Of a stretch of DNA of 64,000 nucleotides, positions 9,558 through 19,136 are shown in pieces (within the stretch, counting starts at the first letter, position 1; each line of letters opens with the position of its first letter). Source of the DNA: Polyangiaceae bacterium (lineage in GTDB: Bacteria; Myxococcota_A; Polyangia; Polyangiales; Polyangiaceae); NCBI GenBank assembly GCA_044376115.1, contig JBILLK010000022.1:64001-128000 (forward strand). The letters are read 5' to 3'. The notes under the pieces are model-generated. The model was given only the letters and a program-made list of their open reading frames with translations, was not told where the DNA came from and made no database searches. The translations under genes and the position numbers were made by a program.

Positions 9558-10441
9558 GCACGACCCCAAGCGAGCGCGTGCTCGACCTCTCCACGCCATG
9601 CGCGCCGGTCGCGGCGGCGCTCGATCTCGAGGTCCCGCCGGACTTCGCTGCCGCGACGCGTGCCACGTGGCTCGGACGCATGGTGAACGAATACCGCTCC
9701 GGCACCGTGTTCGAGCACACCGCAGCAGGTCTGGCCCGTGCGGGCTGCTCGCCGGAGGTCGTCGCCGAGTGCCGCAGCTTCGCCGAAGAAGAGCGGCGTC
9801 ACGGAGTGTTGTGCGGCGCCGTGGTGTTGCGCGCCGGTGGGGAAGCTCGCGTTCCCATCGAAGCCGACGAGCCTTTTCCCGAGCACACCGACACCACGCC
9901 CCGCGCCGCAGCCGTGCGCAACCTGATCGCCATCTCGTGTTTGGCGGAGACGGTCGCCGTGGCGCTCATCGGCGACGAACGTGAGCGCATGCCCGAAGGG
10001 CCGCTGCGAGAGCTGCTCACGGGCATTTGGGCGGACGAGGTCGGGCATGCGCGCTTCGGATGGCGCACCGTCGCCTTACTGCTTCCAACGCTCGACGCGG
10101 ACGAACGAGAGGCAGTGATCGCTTATCTGCCCGTAGCGTTCGAGCACCTCGAGCGGCACGAGCTCGAGCACCTTCCCGAGACCGCCCACGCGTCTCCAGA
10201 CAGCGAAAAGTACGGTCTTTGCTCGGGCCAGGGCGCGCGCGAGCTGTTCTACGCCACGGTCGATCGTGCGGTGGTAGCCGGGCTGGAAGCGCTCGGCTTG
10301 CCCGCCCGTCGCGCCTGGGAACGTCGAGCAGCGCCGAAGGTTCAGGCCGCGAGGGCGACGACGACCTGGAGGAAGGCAGCGCCGGCGCGGGCGCGGCTGG
10401 GCGCCCCCATCGCGCTCGAGAGTGGCGTCGACGCCGAGTAG
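9554..10441 (+). CDS. Ferritin-like di-iron carboxylate protein
   Basis: E (NEYRS), ExxH (EERRH), E (AETVA), ExxH (DEVGH) four-helix di-iron ligand pattern. Confidence 0.85.
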   Translation: MSTTPSERVLDLSTPCAPVAAALDLEVPPDFAAATRATWLGRMVNEYRSGTVFEHTAAGLARAGCSPEVVAECRSFAEEERRHGVLCGAVVLRAGGEARVPIEADEPFPEHTDTTPRAAAVRNLIAISCLAETVAVALIGDERERMPEGPLRELLTGIWADEVGHARFGWRTVALLLPTLDADEREAVIAYLPVAFEHLERHELEHLPETAHASPDSEKYGLCSGQGARELFYATVDRAVVAGLEALGLPARRAWERRAAPKVQAARATTTWRKAAPARARLGAPIALESGVDAE

Positions 10442-10521
10442 ACGATGCGCTCGCACGCCTCCTCGAAGGCCTCGCTGAGGTCTCGGCCGCGTGGGAGCAG
10501 CTCAGGGAGCTCCCGACGAGT

Positions 10522-11520
10522 TCACCTCTTCCACTTGGCCAGCTCGGCGCTGATAAGGAGACTCGGGAGCGCTCTCTGCAGCTTCGCGAGGCCAGCGGTC
10601 GTTACCCTGGTGCCGAAGAGCCTGAGCGTTCGGAGCTTCTGGAGACCAGCGAGGTGCGCGATACCCGCGTCGGTGATCGGCATGTCTTCGAGGATCAGAT
10701 CCTCGAGCTGCGTCATCGCGGCGAGCTTCATGACGCCAGCGTCGGTCAGCGCGACGTGGTCGAAGTTGATCGACGTGAGCCGTGGAAGACCCGCGAGCTG
10801 ATCGATGCCGGCGTCGGTCACCTTCGTGTAGCGAAGGTTCAGGCGTTCGAGATCGCGCATGCCGGCGAGCTGTGCGAGCCCCACATCCGTGACGTCCGCC
10901 ATACCGAGGTTCAACGACTCCAGCTTCGTCAGCGGCGCCAGCGAGCGGAGTCCGCCGTCGGTGATCTTGCTTCCGTGCAGGTCGAGGCGGCGCAGCTCGG
11001 TCAGCTTGGCGAGGTGCGCCGCGCCCTCGTCGGTGATGCCGGCCCCCACGATCGAGAGCGTCTCGAGCTTCGTCAGGTTCGCCAGGTACGGCATCCCCGC
11101 ATCCGTCACTTTCGTGGCGTGCAGGCTCAGCCACGTCAGCTCGGTCAGCCGGGGGATGCCGCGGATTCCGGCGTCGGTCACCGGTGCCCAGTGCACGGCG
11201 AGCGTGTCCAGCTGCGTTAGCAGACCAAGATTCTCGAGGTCCGCATCCGTCGTGCCGCCGCCGCACTCGAGCGAACGCTTCGTTGGCTCCACGACCTGGC
11301 CGCAGACCTCGATCGGGCCGGTCGGGGCAGTTGGCTTGGTCGGGGGTGGCGTCGAGGAGTTCGTCGTTGATGCTCCCGTCCTCCGTGCTCCTGTCGTCGA
11401 GGAGGTCGGCCTGGAGGTCGGGATTGGTTCGACGAGGGCGGATCGCTTCGCCGAGCCACCACAGCAGAGCATCACGAGCGCGCCCATCGCGACGAGGAGC
11501 GACCTGGATACCGCGTTCAT
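10522..11520 (-). CDS. Leucine-rich repeat lipoprotein
   Basis: About 9 repeats of LxxLxLxxTxITDxG (24 aa); signal ending LCC. Confidence 0.9.
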   Translation of the reverse strand: MNAVSRSLLVAMGALVMLCCGGSAKRSALVEPIPTSRPTSSTTGARRTGASTTNSSTPPPTKPTAPTGPIEVCGQVVEPTKRSLECGGGTTDADLENLGLLTQLDTLAVHWAPVTDAGIRGIPRLTELTWLSLHATKVTDAGMPYLANLTKLETLSIVGAGITDEGAAHLAKLTELRRLDLHGSKITDGGLRSLAPLTKLESLNLGMADVTDVGLAQLAGMRDLERLNLRYTKVTDAGIDQLAGLPRLTSINFDHVALTDAGVMKLAAMTQLEDLILEDMPITDAGIAHLAGLQKLRTLRLFGTRVTTAGLAKLQRALPSLLISAELAKWKR

Positions 11521-11643
11521 CGCGCACATCGTATGCGGTGCTGCGCTCAGGGCGGCTAGGGAATTCGAACCGCTGCGCCTGGCGCTGCTGGAGCGGGGTG
11601 AACTGCTTGCCGCGAGCTCGCGCGCCGCAGTGAGCTACGGAGG

Positions 11644-11916
11644 TCAGTGCTCCAGCTTCTCGCGCTGATCCGCCGTGAGCATGGCGCTGCATGCCTCGAG
11701 CGCTGCGACGTCGCGTGCGGCCGCGATGCACTCAAGTGCTTCGTCACCCCATCCATCATTGATGCAGTGGCGAGCGTGCCCGAGGACCGCAGGTTTCGGG
11801 ATGCTCTGCCCATCGATCAAGGCCCGGAACGCGTCTTCGCACTTGCTCTCCTGACTGCGACATCCAATCAGTGCAGTGAAGGTCAACAGGATTGCGGGCG
11901 GCATCGTCAGCCTCAT
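11644..11916 (-). CDS. Small Cys-containing lipoprotein
   Basis: Lipobox ALIGC; C...W..EAL.CI..A......C helical Cys pattern. Confidence 0.6.
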   Translation of the reverse strand: MRLTMPPAILLTFTALIGCRSQESKCEDAFRALIDGQSIPKPAVLGHARHCINDGWGDEALECIAAARDVAALEACSAMLTADQREKLEH

Positions 11917-11954
11917 CGCATCGATAATACTCACAGCACAGCGCGGAAGACCGG

Positions 11955-13146
11955 GACTGTCAACCTCTCCGGTGGACCGTTCGATCGCGACCTCCTCGAG
12001 ATCCACACGCAGCGCCTCTCGTCCGGGTTCGTCGCGTCGGCGGAGGCGTTCGGTGTCGTCGATCGACGCCTCCTGTTCCTCTGGGCTCGCACTGCGGACG
12101 CGTGCGAACCGTTTCCGAGCGGAGGGGATGCGGCGGAGCGTGGCCACGATCGCTTCCGGACCAGCATCGACGAGCTCGTCGCGGTCGGCGTCGCGCCCGA
12201 CCTCGCCCACGACTGCGTGCTCGTTCACGGCGCACAGTCCTCGCGCTGGTGGGCGTCGACGGCCATCCACGTGTGGGAGCAGCTCTCGCTCGACGGACCC
12301 GCGTTCGTCTCGCGCGTCGTGTCGAAGCGGTCCGGTGAGCTCCGGCTCGTCGATCTGTTCACGTCGCTGGCGTGGCTGCCCAAGGCGCTGCTGGACGCCG
12401 GCCCGCGCGAGCTGGTCCGCAAGCTGTTGGCGGTGCCGGGCCTCGTCCCGGACCGAACGATCACCGAGATGCTCGACGACAGCACGTGCTCGGAGACGTT
12501 CGAGCCGCTCCGGCAACCGAAGGCAACGCGCGCTGGCACCGGTCTCGCCGCGCGGACGTCGAGGCCTGCGCCGCTGGTTGCTGTCACGAGCGACGCCGAC
12601 ATCGCACGGAAGCTCGCCGACCTCGTTACCCCCGACGCCGCCACCGCTCCCATCGCCGCTTCCCCGGCCGCGCCGGACGTAGCGATCGCGCCTGCTCGAG
12701 TCGAGCGCGTGCGCACCGCCGCGCAGGCGCTGTCGGATCTGTCGGGAAGCGCGTCACGTCCCGCTTCCGACGCGCAGCTGCGATCGCTGGAGAACTTCCT
12801 CGGGAGCGTTCCCGTCGATCTACGAGCCTACTTCGGCGTGACGGCGAAGCCGGGTTACGGGCTCGCACCGACCGGGACGGAGACGAGCGCGCTCTCGCTG
12901 GGCGAGGCGCTGCGCGAGACGAAGGCGCTCCGGAGGCACGGCGCCGATCCCGGCCTGCTCGCGCTCTTCTCGTACGGGTCTGGCGACTACGCGTGCTTCG
13001 ACAGCGAGACCGCGAAGATCGTCTACTGGGACCACGAGACGCGCGGGACGAGCGACGTCGATCCCGATCTCGCGGTGGCGCTCAAGCGGCTGGTCATCGG
13101 CCCGGCCAGGCGAGCAGGAGGAGCAAAGAGGCGTCGCATGGGCTGA
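11955..13146 (+). CDS. Protein with C-terminal SMI1/KNR4 (SUKH) domain; start uncertain
   Basis: PASDAQLRSLENFLGSVPVDLRAYF...GSGDYACFD...IVYWDHE; no clear start codon near 11955. Confidence 0.6.
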
Positions 13147-13345
13147 CGTCGCTCGGCGCGGGCGCCGGCGTGGCGGGTGCTGGCGCGGACGAACTGCCAC
13201 ACGCCGCGACCGCGATGAACGAACAGCAGGCGAGGAGCGCAGGCGGGCGACGGACGTTCATGCGGCCGCTGCAATAGCACGCGAACCGGAGCTGGCGCTT
13301 CGGACCCGTCCGTGCAGCGCGACCTAGCGCGGACAACCGGAGCTG

Positions 13346-13482
13346 TCCGTGCCTCAAGAGCCAGGCCCACGGGCGTCGGCGTGGCTCGTTGTCGGGGTTG
13401 TCACCGAACAGCTCGAGCTGCACCACGCGGGTGGCCAAGCACGCGACCTCGGGATGGGGCACGACCTCACTCCGTACCTTCG
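13346..13482 (-). mobile_element. Fragment of an IS91-like transposase C-terminus
   Basis: Translates AKVRSEVVPHP...QLELFG...RRRPWAWLLRH, resembling the C-terminal part of IS91/Y2-type transposases; no start and no catalytic core. Confidence 0.5.
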
Positions 13483-13525
13483 CGCACGCTCGACCTTGCG
13501 ATTCTTCTCGGACTGCGCGAGTGCC

Positions 13526-14263
13526 TCAGGCCGGCGGAAGCAGATCGCTCTCGCTTAGCGTGAAGGGAATGGGAGGGTATACGAAACCAACGTCCTCGTT
13601 CTCGCGTCGTCTCAGCTTGAACAGCTCGCGACGCTGCTCCTCGCTTGCGACCGTCAAGCGCGCGCCACTGGGAAGCGTCGGGTGTCCCTCGAAGAAGCGC
13701 ACAAACGTCTTCGACGTTCGAAAGGTGATCCCGAGCCAGTCGCTGTCGGGAGCATTCGAACGCAGCGTGATCGCGTGCAAAAACCGTCGATTGCTGTCGA
13801 GCGAGAAGGCGACGACGCAGCCGTGATTGAGTGGGACCTCGAACGCGTCGCCGGATTCCTTGGGATGCACCATCAATCGTCGCGACGGCTTCTCGGGATC
13901 TCGGTAGCAGGAGTAGACCGCGATCGTCGATCCCTCTGCCAGATCCAAGGCCTGATCGGAGTGTGGCTTCATCCTCGAGTAGGCCCTGGTGTAGTGCTCG
14001 ACGAGCGCGTTGTTGAATCCGTGCAAGAACCCAGCGCGCTCGCGAATCTCCTCCGCGAGGGCATCATGAATGGGTCGAAACGGCTGTGCCGGAGCACTGT
14101 ACGACGTCGTGCTGCGGACGATCGGGATCCCGCTCGCGTCGACCTTGACGAGCACGGCCCCACGCCTACCTGCAGTCACCTCATCGAACCGGACCTGCGT
14201 CAGCAGCTCCTCGAATGAACGGCCCGCAGCAGCCAACGGCCAGGATCGGAATTCGTCAATCAT
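13526..14263 (-). CDS. AlkB-like 2OG-Fe(II) oxygenase
   Basis: FNNALVEHY, HSD (HxD), distal H (FLHAI), ITFR. Confidence 0.85.
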   Translation of the reverse strand: MIDEFRSWPLAAAGRSFEELLTQVRFDEVTAGRRGAVLVKVDASGIPIVRSTTSYSAPAQPFRPIHDALAEEIRERAGFLHGFNNALVEHYTRAYSRMKPHSDQALDLAEGSTIAVYSCYRDPEKPSRRLMVHPKESGDAFEVPLNHGCVVAFSLDSNRRFLHAITLRSNAPDSDWLGITFRTSKTFVRFFEGHPTLPSGARLTVASEEQRRELFKLRRRENEDVGFVYPPIPFTLSESDLLPPA

Positions 14264-15443
14264 GCTTTGGATCGGGGGGCTTGTAGTCGCCTTCGTTCAT
14301 ACTGAAGCGGAACTTGTCACCGTACTCGATCAAGGCATCCGATCGGTTCTCGGCCGCATAGAGTTCGCGGAGCGCAGTCCTCCCATCGGGCGTCGGTGAT
14401 TCCATCTCCACGAGCTGCCCAGCGATCTTGAGAAAGGTTCCGCGACTCTTGTGCACGGCCTCGGTCTTCGAGCAGCGCACGACATAGCCGAGGCGCGTGG
14501 GAAGCAGCTCGGCGTTGAGCATCGATGACTGAATCTCGTGGGTGTAGAGCCGGTTCGTGGATAGCGGCATGAAGAACACCGAGTTCGGGTAAAGGGTCAC
14601 AGAAAACTCTCGCAGCAGACCCTCGCGCCTTCGCACGGGCTCCTTCAGTCGAAAGTGCAGCTTCGTCAATCCGCTCCTTCCCTTGTAGCCGTAGTCGAAC
14701 GCGTCGTTGGGCAACGGGCCGAGCTTGCCGAGCCCGTCGTAGAACGTGCAGAACGCCATGATGCCATTGCTGGGCATGTCCTTTGTCTTGTCGGAATGCG
14801 CAGCGATCTTCGCCTTGGTCTGCTTGCTACCGTCTCGCTCCGGCGTGTTCGCGTAGATTTGCGCGAGCACATGATTGAGCGGGGCGTGGTCGCGAAAGAC
14901 GGCGGCCGCCTCGTCGTTCAGTGCCGCCACGATGCGCCGATCGGTCGCACAGAAGTTCTCGGTGGGCCCGGAGAGGTTCGTCGAACAGCGCAACAAGCGA
15001 AAGTGCAGCTCGTCGCCGTGTCGGTGCACTGGCGTCAGGTAGACGCCCAATCGATGCGCCTTCGACGGCTTGACGGACTCGGTGAGCGTTTGGAAAGTGT
15101 GCTCCGACGAGATACGGCGGAAGTAGTCGTCGTCGTCGAAAAAGCGCCGATAGTAGACGCCGACGCCACCCACTCGCACGGGCACCTGCCCAAGCGTGAC
15201 GGGCTTGATCGCGCCGCTGTAGCCGTGGGACAGCTCCAGAACCACGAAGACCCGGGCGGCGCCGTCGAGACGGCCTCCAAACCTCGCGATGTCACCCGTC
15301 AAGTAGAGCGACTTCCCCGACAAATCAGCGGGCACCTCCCTCGCCACCGAGCCAAAGAAGTCAAAGCCGATGTGTTGGTCGGCGGCTGCGACGAGAACGT
15401 TTCCCGTATCCACGAGTGTAGCTTCGGTCGGTATTCCAGCCAT
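14256..15443 (-). CDS. Putative 2OG-Fe(II) oxygenase-fold protein
   Basis: LNHVLAQIY, HSDKTKD, YTHEI and TRLGYVVR parallel the motifs of the downstream AlkB-like gene; overlaps it by 8 nt. Confidence 0.7.
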   Translation of the reverse strand: MAGIPTEATLVDTGNVLVAAADQHIGFDFFGSVAREVPADLSGKSLYLTGDIARFGGRLDGAARVFVVLELSHGYSGAIKPVTLGQVPVRVGGVGVYYRRFFDDDDYFRRISSEHTFQTLTESVKPSKAHRLGVYLTPVHRHGDELHFRLLRCSTNLSGPTENFCATDRRIVAALNDEAAAVFRDHAPLNHVLAQIYANTPERDGSKQTKAKIAAHSDKTKDMPSNGIMAFCTFYDGLGKLGPLPNDAFDYGYKGRSGLTKLHFRLKEPVRRREGLLREFSVTLYPNSVFFMPLSTNRLYTHEIQSSMLNAELLPTRLGYVVRCSKTEAVHKSRGTFLKIAGQLVEMESPTPDGRTALRELYAAENRSDALIEYGDKFRFSMNEGDYKPPDPKHD

Positions 15444-15446
15444 GGT

Positions 15447-15769
15447 CTAGGCCTCACCACGCGACGCGGCATCGACGCACTTCAATAGGGTCGGTATGCG
15501 ATGCTCGCCGTGCATCGCCGAGATCCACGAACGTCGACCCCTACCGCGGTAACAAACAGTGGGCGCTTGCCGTTTCCTCGAAACACGTGGACGGCAATCC
15601 GGGCGGGGGGAAGCTCCCGGCGGTAGAGCTGTCCAGGAACGTAGGAAGCGGCAAGCGCGCTCTCGACGTTCAGGATGGAGTTCGGCTCCGCGTCCGCGAA
15701 GTCGCGAAATAGCACGCATGCAACCCGCGAGGACTCTTCGAGATAGGCCACGTCAACGCAGGCGAACAC
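15447..15769 (-). pseudogene. nfi: Endonuclease V remnant (internal deletion plus frameshift)
   Basis: ACVDVAY, YVPGQLYRRELP, RPLFVTAVG, then MHGEHRIPTLLKCVD in another frame; the central DG..GVAK segment is missing. Confidence 0.75.
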
Positions 15770-16192
15770 CGCATCAAGCTAGCACGAGCGAGACGCACCA
15801 CGGGCTGCCCGCTCAGCCTCCACCTCGAAGCACGTCTCGCAGGGTCGCGGCCTCGATCTCGCGTTTGCCGCAGGCGTTCTAGCGGAATGGCGGTGGGCGG
15901 GCCGCTCAGTCAAGCGCCGAGCGAAGAAGAGCCTCGGCCTTGCGACGGTCGCGGGGGCGCTCACCGGTGCGGTGAGCGTCATCCAACGTGGCAACTCGGC
16001 GCTGAGGCTCCAACGCGCATGAGGACACCTGCGCCGACTTTGGGCTGCGCTGGCTCGCTCACGAGGCACCCGGCGTTCTACTCGCCTGCGACGGCGCCAA
16101 GGAGAGCTGCGAACTATCGCTGTGGGGTGGCGCGGACGGCGAGGAGGTGATCACTAGCTGCGCGTTCTAAGCGGATGGGCACCTTGGTGTCT

Positions 16193-17416
16193 CTAGCGCA
16201 GGCCATCGGCCCTGCAGCGAACTCCTCGCACCCAAGCGCTGCCCTCGGACCGGTAGGTCACGGCGAAGAGCTCGCCGCTCCAGCTCACTGCCGCGCCCCT
16301 GACTGCGCCGAGGTCGATGCCTTCATCGAGTTCCTCGTGGAGCCAGCTGTCGCGGTGGAGCTTACCGTCGACCACGCGGGCCCTCACGTCGTCCGTGAAC
16401 GGGCGCATCGGCAGCTCGTCGCTCTTGGTGCGAGCCCCTTTGTAGTGGAGGTGGTCTGCCGCGAGCGTCGCGTACCCGATGTGCTGAGGGCCGTGGAGCC
16501 ATCCCCTCCAGGCCAGCTCGATCGCCCCCCCGCGTTGTAACGCGCGTCCAAGCGTCCTTCGCGCAGAAGCGTGATGCCGCCGAGCACGCCGTCGTCGCGG
16601 GTCAATGGACGCTCGCCGTCGAGGGTCAGGACCGCGTCGAGTGTTCGCTCGTCGCCCACCAGAAAGGTCGCGGGGCCCTGTCCTCGCACAGGGAGCAACA
16701 CCTCGTGGGGCGGCGCCTCTCGGACGCTGAGCCTCACGTCGCCCGCCGAGCTCGTGACCTCGACGAGCTGGCCGTGGGCGGTGACCATCGCCAGAGGCCC
16801 TCTTGTGGGGCCGGCCATGGCGATCACGGGATGGTCGCCGAGGAGGAGCTCGGTGTGGCTCTTCGGAAGTCCCTCGCGCGTGACCCGCATCGCGAAGAGG
16901 CGGACGGCGCCGGGAACCATGCAGCGGCGGTAGCAATCGTGGCTGCAGACGTGGGGGAGCGTTCCTGGGCCGACCCAACCGCGGCAGGCAGCGTCCACAC
17001 ACTTCGCGGGGCACACCCAGGCCTTGACCCCGCGCTCCTGTGCAACGATCAGGAACCCTTCCTCCCACGGCACCACCAGCGAAGTGGGGTAGGGAACGGG
17101 CAGCACCTGCTGAGGGCCGCTCGGTCGGCCGTCTCGCGTCAGTGGCCGAACCATGAGCGAGCCGGCGTGCGGCCATGCGGCGAGCCCGCTCCGCGCATCG
17201 AACGCGGAGCTGGTGGTACCCGACGTCGCGTTGCCAAGCAGGCTATCGTGGACGACGCGGCAGCGGCCGCCAGCGGTGTCGCGGGTTGGCTCGGGCAGCG
17301 TTGCGACGGGGACGGTTGGCTCTCCTTCGGTCGGTCGAGGGATCGCTGAGGACGCGGATACGCAACCCGCGAGCAAATAGCACAGCCACAATGCGCGCAC
17401 TCGGCAAGGGACACTC
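16193..17416 (-). pseudogene. Lipoprotein with a frameshift at a C7 run (~16525-16531)
   Basis: Lipobox LLAGC; protein-like sequence switches from ORF 16384..17772 to ORF 16193..17176 at the homopolymer. Confidence 0.55.
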
Positions 17417-17556
17417 CATCCCCGCGGAGGTTCCGCAGGCCGGGGAAGCCTGATACCCTCCCTCAGCGCGTCGCGTTTCTCGCAGCCCTCGTGGATAGCC
17501 TGGCCAACCTCGTCGGCAGGTGATCCGCGGGTCCTTGTCAGCGCCCCATCCAGCCC

Positions 17557-17805
17557 ATGGACCTCGTCGACAACCAGAAAGACCTGTGGACTCACCCGGA
17601 AAGGTACGTCCTCGTCTCCCTCCCTGCCGAGCTCGGGCCGGATGCGTTCATGATCGTCTCTTCGGCGACGTACGCCCTCGTGGGCGGTCCGACCGATGGC
17701 CCAGATGGAGCTTTCGATCTCCACGAGCTCAGGCGGCGGATGCTCGCCGCGGGCGTGGTAACGATTTCGCACAAGGAGTACGAGAGGCGACGTAGCCCCG
17801 GCTGA
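17557..17805 (+). CDS. Small hypothetical protein
   Basis: 82 aa ORF with protein-like composition. Confidence 0.55.
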   Translation: MDLVDNQKDLWTHPERYVLVSLPAELGPDAFMIVSSATYALVGGPTDGPDGAFDLHELRRRMLAAGVVTISHKEYERRRSPG

Positions 17806-17889
17806 TCCCTGAGAGTCAGAACGATCCGCAGTGGCGAGCGAGGCGGGCGAGACAGGGCGGTGTCGGCTATGCGGCGTCCGAGGCCCCGT

Positions 17890-18555
17890 CTAGAGACTTG
17901 GACTCGGGCTGCCTGGCGGAAGACTGTCAGCCCCCAGGACCAGGATCAGCAATGAACGCGCCTGTTCCACGCTCGCGCCGAACTTGGGACGCACCTCCAA
18001 GCGGACACCAGGCGCCTCCGCGAAAGCGACCGTCTTCGTTCGCGCGGCGCGCTGCTCCGCCGACAGCGGCGCAGCACCAACGAGACGCACGACCTCGTAC
18101 TGCGTGGTCCCGCAGGAAACGGTGACGACGAACTCCGGGGCCCGGCCGTACGATTGGTCGGGCAGGCACCCAGCTTCTCCAACCGCCTCGCGGACATCGG
18201 CGTCTGTTACGTCTTTTGGCGCCTTGCCGTTGATGCTCGGCTCGGTTTTGAGGTTGTTTACGGGCGACCCCATCGAGTTCGGCGATTCGGCGAGCGCCCT
18301 CGCCATGGCCTGTAGGACCTCGGGGGGGAACGCCGAGGTCGCGGGGGCTGCGACGGGAGGTGTCCCAGCTTGGGACGACGACGCAGACGCAGTCCCGGCC
18401 TGGGAGGACGGCGTGGAAGCGACAGGCTCGCTTGCGGTGTTCCCCTCCTGTCCCGTGGTCGAGCACGCCGCCAAGAAACCGAGCGCCCACAACTCTCGCG
18501 GCGGCCTTCGGCTACGGCGTGCGCCCTGTAGCCTGCAGAACTTTGCACTCGTCAC
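17890..18555 (-). CDS. Lipoprotein, hypothetical
   Basis: FLAAC lipobox, Ser/Ala/Pro linker, globular C-terminus. Confidence 0.6.
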   Translation of the reverse strand: MTSAKFCRLQGARRSRRPPRELWALGFLAACSTTGQEGNTASEPVASTPSSQAGTASASSSQAGTPPVAAPATSAFPPEVLQAMARALAESPNSMGSPVNNLKTEPSINGKAPKDVTDADVREAVGEAGCLPDQSYGRAPEFVVTVSCGTTQYEVVRLVGAAPLSAEQRAARTKTVAFAEAPGVRLEVRPKFGASVEQARSLLILVLGADSLPPGSPSPSL

Positions 18556-18742
18556 TGGGCTACCCTACCAGGTCGTCAACGCAACCGACAGCCCGGATAC
18601 GCGCCTCCGCGGCCAGTTCATGAAGCTATCGCGTCGTACGCCAGCGCGACCTCAGCAACTGGCAACTCCCACCGCGACGATGCACACGACCAGCCCGCCA
18701 AGGAGGATCCATACGGCGGCTGTGGAGCCACCCCAGACCCGT

Positions 18743-19030
18743 TCAGCCGCCGGCCTTCCACTCGCCCGCGGAGGCTTCTTTGCAGCTCTTTTCGGCTCTG
18801 GCGGCATCCATTGGATAGGCGCCTTCAGTGTAGAAGGTCCGCGTACCTTCTGGGGTGGAACACGAACCGACGCGCTTGTCAGCGGGGCAAGCCTCCATCT
18901 TGAACTCACTGCCCGTGCACAGGCCCTTGATGCAGTCCTCGCCCGCGGCTGTGCCGTCAGCGGGCTTGTCGCCGCAGCCAGCGAGCGACGTGGTGACACA
19001 CGCGGCGAGGAGGAGGGTGAAGGTCTTCAA
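18743..19030 (-). CDS. Small Cys-rich lipoprotein
   Basis: TTG start, LAGC lipobox, CP....VGSC.......FY pattern. Confidence 0.65.
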   Translation of the reverse strand: MKTFTLLLAACVTTSLAGCGDKPADGTAAGEDCIKGLCTGSEFKMEACPADKRVGSCSTPEGTRTFYTEGAYPMDAARAEKSCKEASAGEWKAGG

Positions 19031-19136
19031 GGGCTCCTGCGTACGCAGGCAGGGGTGCGTTCTTCCTCCACTAGCTGCGAGCTTTGGCGCCTGACTGCAG
19101 GCGACGGCGAACAGTTCCTCGACTAGGCTGGGAGGC

